Assembly: GCA_965249045.1 (NCBI GenBank)
Contig: OZ252213.1
Location: forward strand, 799,971 to 863,970
From: Thermodesulfobacteriota bacterium
GTDB lineage: Bacteria > Desulfobacterota_D > UBA1144 > Nemesobacterales > Nemesobacteraceae
Direction of reading: 5' to 3'
DNA length: 64,000 bases
Shown here: one piece after another, positions 29,843 to 40,500 of the stretch
Numbering within the stretch: position 1 is the stretch's first letter
Layout: each line of letters starts with the position of its first letter
Made by a program: the position numbers and the translations under genes
The notes under the pieces: model-generated
What the model saw: the letters and a program-made list of their open reading frames with translations, nothing else
Told to the model about the DNA's origin: nothing
Databases searched by the model: none

Positions 29843-32533
29843 TCAGTGGGCGTCGGCCCAGTTCTTTGCGGGGCGCATCTCCACTCTAAGCGGCACACGA
29901 AGCTCCCAGGCGTTTTCCATATCGTTTTTTATATGAGTTTGCAGTTCTTCAAGTTCCGTTTCATGCACCTCGAAAAGAAGCTCGTCGTGAACCTGAAGAA
30001 TCATCTTGGAGCGAAAACCCCCTTCTTCAAGTCTTCTGAATATTCGGATCATGGCCAGATTTATTATATCCGCCGCGGATCCCTGTATCGGAGTGTTTAT
30101 GGCTTCACGCTCTCCTCTGCTCCTCTCCACTCTGTTTCCCGACACAAGCTCCGGTATCGGCCTTCTTCTCCCGACAAGCGTCTCGGTGTAGCCTCTGTTC
30201 CTCGCTTCTTCAACCGATGACTTCATATAGGCTTTCACCTCTGAATATCTGTCGAAATACCGGCTTATATAGTTTCTTGAGACCGAGACCGTGGTGCCGA
30301 GCTGTTTTGAGAGCCCGAAAGCGCTTATCCCGTATATTATCCCGAAGTTTATGGTCTTGGCGAGATTCCGCATCTCGGAAGTGACCCGGTCCTCAGTCGC
30401 GTTAAAGATTTCGCAGGCCGTTGCGACGTGTACGTCCTTGTCGTTTCGAAGCGCCTCAAGCAGTGTGGGGTCTTCCGAGAAATGGGCGAGCAGACGAAGT
30501 TCTATCTGGGAATAATCGGCCGACAGTATAACGCGGCCGTCTTTCGCCACAAACGATTTCCTTATTCTTTTTCCGTCCTCGGTTTTTATCGGGATGTTCT
30601 GAAGATTCGGATTGCTTGAGCTTAGCCTCCCGGTTGAAGTGCCGGCGGGATTAAAAGAGGTGTGAATTCTTCCCGTGGCCGGGTTGATGAGCCTTGGGAG
30701 CTGATCGATGTAGGTGGATTTCAGTTTGGAAAGAAACCTGTGTCTCAGTATGAGACGGGGCACCTCATGGATTGTCGAGAGATCCCTCAGCACCTCGGAA
30801 TCGGTGGAGAAAGCGCCTTTCGCGGTTTTCTTCCTGGCGGGAAGCCGAAGTTCTTCGAAAAGCACTTCGGAAAGCTGCTTTGTTGAGTTTATATTGAACT
30901 TTTTTCCGGTTTTTTCATATATTTCGGTCTCAATGGAACCTAGGTCTTTTTCAAACTCCTCGGACATCTCCCCGAGAATCGCGGTGTCAACACTCACTCC
31001 CGCAGACTCCATGTCGCAGAGAACCGGAAGAAGACCGAGGACGTTTTCTGTGTAAAGGTCCCAGAGACCCTCTTGTTTGAGAGTCTCAAGAAATTTCCTT
31101 GAAAGAATAAGCGTCACGTCCGAATCTTCGCAGGAGTATCTTGTCGCCGTCTCGATGTCCACTTCGGCGAAACTCTTTTTGGACTTCCCTTTTCCCGTAA
31201 CGTCATCGTAGGAAATCATCCTGTGACCCAGCTCCGTTCTTGAGAGTTCGTCAAGCTTGTAGCTCCCTCGGGAAGCGTCGAGGAGGTGCGCGGCTAGCAT
31301 AGTGTCGAAGTAAATCCCCCTGAGCGTGACGCCGTGGTTTTTCAGCACTAGCATCTCGTATTTTATGTTCTGACCTATCTTCCTTACGCCCTTGGATTCT
31401 AAAACGGGTTTCAGCATAGAAAGCGCATTGTCGAGTTTCATCTGTCTTTCGGTTTCAATGGTTCCGATGTGCCCGACGGGAACGTAAAAAGCCTGCCCTG
31501 GAGCGGGGCAGAGCGAAAATCCCACTATCCCTGCATTCATCGGCAGCTTTGAGTCAGTCTCGAGATCTATTGAGAGTTCTCCCGCTTCCTCTATCATGCT
31601 TATGATCCGACCGAGCGATTTCTCCTCGAAAACAGTTTCGTAGGAATCGTATCTTACCGCTTTGCCTTCGCTTGGCGGGCGAGAGGTGCCGCCGATCTCG
31701 TCAAGAAGCTTTTCAAACTCAAGTTCTGAGAATATTTTCCGAAGATCTTCGGCCGCGTATCCCCCGTATCTGAAATCCTCAATTCCGGTTCCTACCTCGA
31801 CGTCCGTTTTTATGGTAACGAGTTCGCGGCTCAGGTACGCATTATCTTTATGCTCTCTGAGTTTCTGGGCGACACTCGGGCGAAGCGCGGCGAGGTTGCT
31901 GTATACGCCGTCAAGATCTCCGTACTCGGATATAAGGGCCGAGGCGGTTTTCTCCCCGACGCCTGCGACTCCCGGCACGTTATCAACCTTGTCTCCCACA
32001 AGAGCGAAGAAGTCAATCATCTGTTCAGGCCCGATTCCGTATTTCTGCCGTACTTCCCGCACCCCGGTTACCCGCTCTCTCATTGTGTCAATCAGAGTTA
32101 CGTTCTCGGACACGAGCTGGCAGAAGTCCTTGTCTCCGGTAATCAGAACGACCTTTGATTCTTCCTGCGCCCTGGCTATGGTTCCCATGATGTCGTCAGC
32201 CTCGTATCCTTCCATTGCCAGCATCGGAACTGAAAAGGCCCGGACCAGCTCGAAAATCTTCGGAAACTGAAGCTTCAGACTCTCAGGAGCTTCATCCCTG
32301 TTGGCCTTGTACTCGGGGTATATTTCGTTTCTGAACACTTCTCCCTTGGAATCAAACACTATTCCCAGGTATTCCGGTTCGTATTCCCTGAGAAACTTAA
32401 GAAGCATGTTGGCAAATCCGTAGACGGCGTTGGTGGGCAACCCATCTGATGTGGAAAGATCGGCCCTTATACCGTAATACGCCCTGAATATATATGAACT
32501 GCCGTCAATCAGGTAGAGGGGATTCTGGGACAT
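29843..32533 (-). CDS. polA: DNA polymerase I
   Basis: 5'-3' exonuclease domain, DLET 3'-5' exonuclease motif, DYSQIELR, QVHDEL. Confidence 0.97.
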   Translation of the reverse strand: MSQNPLYLIDGSSYIFRAYYGIRADLSTSDGLPTNAVYGFANMLLKFLREYEPEYLGIVFDSKGEVFRNEIYPEYKANRDEAPESLKLQFPKIFELVRAFSVPMLAMEGYEADDIMGTIARAQEESKVVLITGDKDFCQLVSENVTLIDTMRERVTGVREVRQKYGIGPEQMIDFFALVGDKVDNVPGVAGVGEKTASALISEYGDLDGVYSNLAALRPSVAQKLREHKDNAYLSRELVTIKTDVEVGTGIEDFRYGGYAAEDLRKIFSELEFEKLLDEIGGTSRPPSEGKAVRYDSYETVFEEKSLGRIISMIEEAGELSIDLETDSKLPMNAGIVGFSLCPAPGQAFYVPVGHIGTIETERQMKLDNALSMLKPVLESKGVRKIGQNIKYEMLVLKNHGVTLRGIYFDTMLAAHLLDASRGSYKLDELSRTELGHRMISYDDVTGKGKSKKSFAEVDIETATRYSCEDSDVTLILSRKFLETLKQEGLWDLYTENVLGLLPVLCDMESAGVSVDTAILGEMSEEFEKDLGSIETEIYEKTGKKFNINSTKQLSEVLFEELRLPARKKTAKGAFSTDSEVLRDLSTIHEVPRLILRHRFLSKLKSTYIDQLPRLINPATGRIHTSFNPAGTSTGRLSSSNPNLQNIPIKTEDGKRIRKSFVAKDGRVILSADYSQIELRLLAHFSEDPTLLEALRNDKDVHVATACEIFNATEDRVTSEMRNLAKTINFGIIYGISAFGLSKQLGTTVSVSRNYISRYFDRYSEVKAYMKSSVEEARNRGYTETLVGRRRPIPELVSGNRVERSRGEREAINTPIQGSAADIINLAMIRIFRRLEEGGFRSKMILQVHDELLFEVHETELEELQTHIKNDMENAWELRVPLRVEMRPAKNWADAH

Positions 32534-32643
32534 GAAGAAAACCGCTTACGCGTTATTCGTTTAAGTATACCCAACTGCCCTTGCGGTGGGGAATCCGGTT
32601 TGCCGATCCGGTCTTGGCCGGGGCCGAATTGAGGGAGATGAGA

Positions 32644-33225
32644 TTATTTTTCCGCGCTGTACACAAACGCGGGAGGGAAATTGGACCAGACAGTTTTTGA
32701 CTTGACGACACTTGTGAACTTGCTTCGCAGAATCGAGCGGAATCTCCTGGCGTTTGGAACCACCATGCTGATTGAGTAACTGAAGGTAATCATCTTGCCT
32801 CCGGGCCTCAGCACGTCCCAGATAGCGTTAAGCAGTCTATCCTGGGTTCCGTGGTCAAACACCGCCCACGGAAGACTTGAAATAATACAGTCGCAGGAAT
32901 CTTTTCCGTGCCTCTGAAGATATTTTTTCATATTCTCCGCGGAGTCCATGTAGACTGTCGCGGAAGGACATCGGGACTTGGTAGCTTCGTAGAACTCGGG
33001 GTTGATCTCTATTGCGAAAAACAGCGCTTCAGGGCTTTTCTTCTCCAGGATTTTCTCGGTAAAAACCCCGGTTCCCGGGCCCAATTCTACCACGGTCCCC
33101 ATTTCGCTTAGCCGGGCGGTCTCGGTGACAAGTTCTGACAGTTCTTCGTTTGAAGGTGCTATAGAACCCGTGCTCTTCGGATATCTCATGAACTGCTTTA
33201 TGTAACCGTATACTCCGAGTTTCAA
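32644..33225 (-). CDS. Class I SAM methyltransferase (phospholipid N-methyltransferase-like)
   Basis: GSIAPS, VELGPGTG, ISSLPW, NFPPAFVY. Confidence 0.8.
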   Translation of the reverse strand: MKLGVYGYIKQFMRYPKSTGSIAPSNEELSELVTETARLSEMGTVVELGPGTGVFTEKILEKKSPEALFFAIEINPEFYEATKSRCPSATVYMDSAENMKKYLQRHGKDSCDCIISSLPWAVFDHGTQDRLLNAIWDVLRPGGKMITFSYSISMVVPNARRFRSILRSKFTSVVKSKTVWSNFPPAFVYSAEK

Positions 33226-33322
33226 CGGTGCCTCCGAATAAAATGCAAATCAAGCTAATTATAATAGCCTTGAGTGTTTTGTCCATTTGCTTGTGAATGA
33301 CAAATACAACTGAGACCGTGAA

Positions 33323-33916
33323 GTGTGCCGTGGAAAGGCGTCATAGACCCAGCGGGTGCAAATTCCGTCCGGCTAACTGTTGCTCCGGCCGGAAGCAATT
33401 GGAGCGGCTTAGGGAGGTAACGACTTAGGCTGAAGCACACCGACAAGAAGGGCCGCTAAAGGCGGCCCAGCGAACACGCGGGCCGCAACGCGAGTGAACG
33501 CTGAGCAGGCCTCGAAACGAGTAATGTGGAAGCCGACCTGTCTTCACGGTGGGGAGGGCTGCCACCGGAGGGGAAGAGAGCGATACAGGCACCGTCCGGC
33601 TCCACCGGGGTATTGGCGGTGGCACACATGGAAGAGGGATATGACAGCAACACGGGAAGCCCCTGAGGTGGCTTGCGCGAGCCAACCGACAACCCGCGAG
33701 GGACAGGTTGGGCCGCAGGGGTGGTGGATGGGTCAGCAGTAGCGAGGAGGCCGGGTAATGCCGGCGGAGCGAAGGGGCCCTGCTTCGAGAGGGACGTATG
33801 AAGGAGGAAAGGACGTGGAGACTGTCGAGAGACTAGAAGCTTCAAGGAGAGTTCAGAAACTTCAGAGTACGTTACATGCGAAAGCGAAGGATAACCTTGG
33901 CTTTCGGTTCTACGTA
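33323..33916 (+). mobile_element. Group II intron, 5' fragment (domains I-III and start of RT ORF), truncated
   Basis: Begins GTGTG (GUGYG consensus); AACACGGGAAGCCC near the end of DI; DIII-like GCCGGGTAATGCCGGCGGAGCGAAGGGGC; ORF start VQKLQSTLHAKAKDNLGFRFY resembles intron RT N-termini; no RT core, DV or DVI follows. Confidence 0.8.
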
Positions 33917-34009
33917 AAGAGATGTCTTCTCAAGCTCGTTCTTGATAAGGTTCATGTCTTCGCCAAGCATGGTTTTTATGAAGCCGACCGCCCCGGCGCT
34001 GAGATCCAT
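33911..34009 (-). pseudogene. Fragment resembling DNA polymerase III delta subunit (HolA) central region
   Basis: Manual translation [33 protein letters not shown] (G-x-D...NELEKLxLY pattern); in-frame stop just upstream. Confidence 0.55.
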
Positions 34010-34029
34010 TCAGAGTTTTTCCCCTAGGC

Positions 34030-34185
34030 GTCTTATTTCCCGACCCGGAGATTGCCTGGTGCGGAATCGCCGAAAACGAGGCGGGGGAGGCCGGGGTGGA
34101 AATAGAGGTGTCGAAATTTCCTTGGGCCGCCTCGGGCAGGGCCTTTACGCTTAACAGAACAGATGGTCTTACGAAGATCATAACC
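34030..34185 (+). pseudogene. Fragment of dihydrolipoamide dehydrogenase dimerisation domain
   Basis: Manual translation [51 protein letters not shown]; no N- or C-terminal continuation. Confidence 0.8.
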
Positions 34186-34509
34186 CATCGGGGAACCCGT
34201 GCGAGGCGAAATCTTCGGCGCTGATTTCCCGGAGGAACTCTTCCCGGGGCAAAAAGCGCTTTGACCAGAGAAAATTGGATATGACCGGTTAGTTCATGTT
34301 ATACTTTCGAAAAAGTTAGTTTTGTATGGGGGTGTCCTGCAGTGCCCGATTTCACCGTATCGTCCGACTGCGATATTCTGGGAAGAGCCATGAATTCCGT
34401 GGAGGATTGCAAAACGATCCTTTTGATTGCCCCCCCCCCTTTATTTTGTAGAGCGCCGAGCCGAGAGTCGGCTATTCCTTCCGTAGTCTGGCCTAAAGAG
34501 TCCCGACGC

Positions 34510-37500
34510 GTGTTCCAACGGTTGTTCCAATGGCTGCTGTGTGTGGCGCTGGTCGCGGGTTTGGCGACCGCTGCCGTGCAGGACGCGGCCGCGCAATCGC
34601 CGTCATTGGTACTCACCCCGACTTCCCTGGAAGTGCCCGAGGCGGGTTCCGCCAGCTACACGGTGAAGCTCCTCACGCAGCCGAGCGCTGACGTGATGGT
34701 GTCGATAGGCGGGACATCGGGCACAGACCTGTCGCTGAACAAAACGGGTCTGACGTTCACCACGTCGAACTGGAACATGGCGCAGACGGTGACGGTGTCG
34801 GCGGTGGAGGATTCGGACGCGACGGACGACAGCGCCACCCTGACCCACACCGCGTCGGGCGGCGGCTACGGCACGGTATCCGCCGATCTGCCGGTAACCG
34901 TGACCGACACCACAACGATGCGGTTGGAGGCCGTGGTCGAGAACGTACCGGAGGGCGAGAGCAGGCCGATACGGGCGATGCTCCCCATGACCCTGGACGA
35001 AGATGTCACGATCACCGTCACGGTAGCCCCGAATGGCGGCCGGGCCGACGAGTACGAGCTGAGCGCCAACACGACGTTGACGATTGCCTCCGGGACGACG
35101 GAGAGCACCGGGGATGTGATGTTCACCTCCCTGGACGACTTCACCTATACGGGCACTCGTTACTTCAACGCGACCCTGACTTCGGACCATCCGCGCGTGG
35201 ATGCGGACACCGAACCATTCGCCGTTGTGGACGACGACAACACCCCCACTGGGTGGCGCGTCACCCCGTCGACGATCTTCGAGAACGGCGGCGAAACTAC
35301 GCTGCTCGCGTTCAAGACCGGATTGCACGAGGGCGTGGTGAAGATGGCGGTGTCGCTGGAGCCGAGCGACCGGGCCACGCTGAGCGGCACGACGTTGACC
35401 TTCGAACCGGGAGCGATCTACGCTACCGAGACCCTGACCATCACCGCCGTGGACAACGCTGAGGACGAGCCGGACCAGACGATCACGATCTCAGCGACGG
35501 TGACCGAGGGGCGCGGCATTCGGACGCCCGGACCGCTGGCGCTGACCATCGTCGACGACGACGGTATGTCTCCGGAGTTGGCCCTGGTGCTCACACCGCC
35601 GAGGGTCAGGGAAGGACTGGTCAGCACGGTCACGGCCGTAGCGAGCGGCCCTCTGGACGAGGAGGCGACGATCACCGTGTCCGCGTCGCCGGGGCACGCC
35701 GATACCCGTACGGACGACTACGTGTTGAGCGCCAATACGGTGCTGAGGATTCCGAAGGGCGGAACACGGAGCACCGGGACGGTCACCATCGGCACGGTCG
35801 ACAGCGAGTTGAGTGTCGGAAACCGAAGGCGGGTGGTTGAGGTCTCGGGGACGGTGACCGGCGGCGGAGGCGTGGCAGACCCCGCGGACCAGACGCTGAC
35901 GGTACTGGAGGACGATCTGCGGGTGGTCGTCTTTCTCATGGCGACACCGGCCACGATAGGGGAGGGCGAGGTCAGCACGATCACCATGCGTGCGGTGAAG
36001 CCGGTGCCGGCCGACGTGAGCGTGACCGTCGAGCAAATCACCGAATACGACGCCGCCGGGCTGAGCGCTAATAAGGTCCTGACGATAGCAGAGGGAGAGA
36101 CCGAAAGCATGGGCGCGGTGACACTCACGGCGATGGATGACACCGACATGAGGAACGAGGTCGTTGCGCTGCGCGGAACCCCGTCTCCTGCCAGTCAATT
36201 CGTGTCGACCGGGCGTCTCGTAACCCAAGTCTACATCCTCGACGACGATGCCACCAGCGCGTACGTGGTGATTTCGCCGGTGCCGTCACGGGTGACCGAG
36301 GGCGAGACCAGTACGATCAACGCGTACCTGAGCCAGCCGTTGTCCAACGAGGTGACGCTGACGATCGGCGTCGACGAAGCGGACTCGAACCACACGGCGA
36401 CATCCGACGAATACGCGTTGAGCGCGAACCGTACGTTGACCATATCCGCGGGGCAGACGCGCAGCACGGGCGAGGTCACGCTTATGGCCTCGAACGACGA
36501 GTACTGGGGGCCACTCTCGCTCAGACGGGTCGCCCTTGCCATCGAGTCGGTAGCCGGCATAGACCGGCAGGACGTCCTAGAGCACACCGACTGGACCATC
36601 TCCGAGGACGAGGACCAACCCCGGGTGACGCTCGAGGTTACCCCGGCCAGCATCTCGGAGAACGGTGGACAGAGCACGGTGACGGCGAGGCTGAACACGA
36701 AGGTGGCCAGCGACGTCGAGGTCACGATATCGGCGGCGCCGGCCGGGACGACGGAATCCGACGACTTCACCCAGACCGGCACGCAGTTGACGATCCTAGC
36801 GGACGCGAAGGCCAGCACGGGAACCGTGACCATCAGCGCGGTGGACGACGCCGTCGACGGTCCAGACAAGAAGCTGGTCGTGACAGGAACGGTGGACGTG
36901 GTGGGAATGGAGGAGTCCGGGCTCGTTTGGCACCCCTACGCCGAGGGTTTGACGATCCGGGACGACGACGAGACGCCGGAACAACCAGCGGCGGTGCTCA
37001 CGTACCGCTTCCACGTGACGAACTACAGCATCACGCGGGGCAGCGACGTCGTGGGCGAGCGCAAGACCGGTGGGTATGTGGGTGTCCTCAGAGACGACGA
37101 CCCCGACACGTTGGAGGGTGGGGAGACGGTGGAGAGCGACACGACGTTCACGCTGACCTGGAACGGGAGATCCACCGACGAGCTGCACCCGGACAACCCG
37201 ACGTCGGTCACGATCAAGGCCGGGCAGAGGGGCGCCCGGTTCTCCCTCAAGGCCGCTGCCGACGACGACGATCCGAAGGTCTACAACCAGCCCGTGAAAG
37301 CCGATGTCGTCGCGACGCTCGGCGCCCTCGAGCTCCGCGGCCAGCTCGTCGTGTGCGACGACGAATCATTGCCGGTGGTGTCGGTCAGCGTGCCGGAGAC
37401 GGTCGAGGAGGGCGACGCGTTCCGGGTCACGGCGACGCTCGCGCACCGTCTTGACGTCGACACGAGCGTACCCATCGTCGTCGAGAACCCGTCCGAAATG

Positions 37501-40500
37501 ACGCTTCAGGGGATCGACGGGCCATATCCGTCCATCAGGATTCCCGCAGGAGAGATTTCGGGCGAGACCGGCGACATACGCAAGCAAAACGACGGCGACC
37601 CGGACGGCTACGGCGACCTCTACGTCAGCGTCAACGGGATCAGCCCCTACCAATGGTGGCCTTCGAGCAACAAGGTGAAGGTGCGAGTGACGGACGACGA
37701 AAGCACCGATCCGGAGCACCGCAGGTACGCCGGCACCCCGAGGATCTTCACCGCCTGCACTTCGGCGACGGAAGGCAGCGGTGCAGACACCGTCACGAAG
37801 ATGCCGATCACGGTATTCATGTACCCGACGACGAGGGCGACGGTGACCGTGGACTACCGCACCGTGGACGAGTCCGCGAAAAGCGGCGTCAACTACACGA
37901 GCAAGAGCGGAACGCTGACGTTCGGCCGGCACGAGAAGACCAAGACGATCGAGGTCGACATCCTCAACGATGGCGTGGGGGTTCACACCAGATTCGGACT
38001 CGTGCTGGAGAACCCGACCGGCGGCGAAGCGGAAGCGCAACCTCATCCCGCAACGTGCGTGATCTACGACGAGAAACCGACGCTCGTCACGTACGACGAA
38101 TCGGCGCACGAGAGCGGCGACGGCACGGCCACGGACATGACCTTCACGGTGAGCCTGAGCTTCGCCGACGAGAACGCGACCTACACGGTTGACTACGCCA
38201 CCACCGACGGCACCGCAAGGGCAGGGAGCGACTACACGGCCACCAGCGGGACGCTGACATTCGCGCCGGGCGAAAGCCAAAAGGAGGTGACGGTGCCGGT
38301 GCTCGACGACGAGATCCAGGATAGCGGCGAGACGTTCTCGTTCATCCTGTCGAACCCGACCGGGGGCGCCCAGCTGCATGCGTGGAAGTCGACGAGGACA
38401 GGGACAATCCTGAACACCGATCCGGCGGCTGCGCTCACCGCGACGTTCCCCGAAAGCCGCTTCGCATCGGCCTCGCACAGCGGCTCTGACGACCGCCCGC
38501 AGGTGGTCGTCACGTTCAGCGAAGCGGTGACGGGAGTCTCGACCGACACACCGTCGGTGACGGTCACGGGCGCAAGCATCGCCTCGGTCCAGGCCCACAC
38601 CGAAGAGGGCCTCGAGAACGCGTGGATGTTCTTCCTCAACCCCGACGGGGACGGCGACGTCACGTTCACGCTGGTCGCCGACGCGGCGTGCGCCTCGGGT
38701 GGGATCTGCACTGCCGGCGGGACGCCACTCACGCAGGCGCCGACGGTGTTGACGATTCCGGGTCCGGGTGGAACGGATGACGCGTCGCTGTCGGCGTCGT
38801 TCGAGAAGGTTCCGGCGTCGCACGACGGCACAGCGACGTTCACCTTCGAGGTCGAATTCAGCGAAGCACCCGATGTCGGTTACCAACGGATGCGCGATCA
38901 TGCGTTCACGGTCGCGGGGGGCAGCGTCAAGAACGCCAGGCGCGTCGTACCGCCGTCGAACCTCGAGTGGGAGATCACCGTCGAGCCGTCAGGCAACGAC
39001 GACGTCACCATCACGCTCAAGACCACGGCGGATTGCGACGCCAGTGACGCCATCTGCACGAGCGGGGGAACACCACTGACCGCCGTGCCCGCCACGCTGA
39101 CCATCCCCGGCCCGGATGCGGATGACGGGAACACCGATGGGTCCACCGACGACGCCACCGTCACCGACCTCACGGCATCGTTCGGCGCCATGCCGAGCGA
39201 GCACGCAGGACCGGGCACGGAGTTCGTCTTCCAGCTCACGTTCAGCGAAAACCCGGAGCTGAGCTATATAACGCTCCGCGATCACGCCTTCACCGTCACG
39301 GGTGGCGAGGTGCGAAGGGCGCAGCGGCGGCAGCAGGGCTCCAACGTCGCCTGGAACATCACGGTCGAGCCCTCCCCCTCCGGATGGGGCGACATCGCCA
39401 TCAGCCTCCCGGGGGGCAGAGCGTGCACGTCGACCGGCGGGGTCTGCATGGCCGACAACCGCCAGCTCTCGAACTCGCCGAGCGGCACCGTGCAGGGCCC
39501 GGCGGCCCTCTCGGTCGCCGACGCGAATGCGCAGGAAGGCACCGACCCGACGCTCGACTTCGAGGTCACGCTGTCCCGGGCCGCCGGGGAGACGGTGACG
39601 GTTGACTACGCGACCTCGGATGGTACCGCCACTTCGGGCGCGGACTACACCGCAACAAGCGACACGCTTACCTTCTTGCCTGGAGAGACGGAGAAGACGG
39701 TGAACGTGACGGTGCTTAACGACACCCATGACGACGGCGGGGAGACGGTGACGCTGAAGCTGTCGAACCCCTCGGGCGCGCGTATCCGGGACGCCGAGGC
39801 GACAGGCACAATAGAGAACTCAGACCCGCTGCCCAAGGCCTGGCTTGCCCGCTTCGGGCGCACCGTGGCAAACCACGTTGTGGAAGCCGTAAGAAACAGG
39901 ATGTCCTCTGTGCCCGAGCCCTCACGCCGCGTAACCCTTGGAGGGAAGGAACTGAGACAGCCTCCTTCCCCGGAGATAACGGAAATATCCCCCTGGGATG
40001 AACTGGTTCCAGAAGACCAACGCCCCGAGAACTTAAGAAGCCTGAGGGTGCGGGAGTTCCTGCTTAGCTCCTCCTTCGAGCTCCCCCTTGCCCAAAACGC
40101 AACCCAAAACCCTGGGTCCGGATGGACGGCGTGGGGAGGAGCCGCGCAGACGCGTTTCTCGGGACGCGACTCCGAGGTCTCAATTGACGGAGACGTAACC
40201 ACGGCAACCCTGGGAGTTGACCGCGCGTGGAACCGCCTGCTTGCGGGCCTCGCGCTTGCAAGAAGCACGGGCGACGGCTCTTACAACGCGGGTGATATAA
40301 GGGGAGATCTTAAAAGCTCTATCACAAGCGCCCACCCCTACCTCCGCTTCTCCTTAAACGACCGCTTAAGCGTCTGGACCCTTCTTGGCTACGGAAAAGG
40401 TGAACTCACCCTTACCCACGGAGGAGGGGAGGAGAGAACCGATATTGAAATGAAGATGGCGGCTCTCGGAGCCCGGGGCGCTCTGCTTGCCTCAGGGGGA

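Noticed and set aside
34603-40268. Many long antisense and alternate-frame ORFs (e.g. 37366-38901, 511 aa)
   Set aside because: Expected shadows of a GC-rich, codon-biased gene; the translations are Arg/Val-rich with no motifs.
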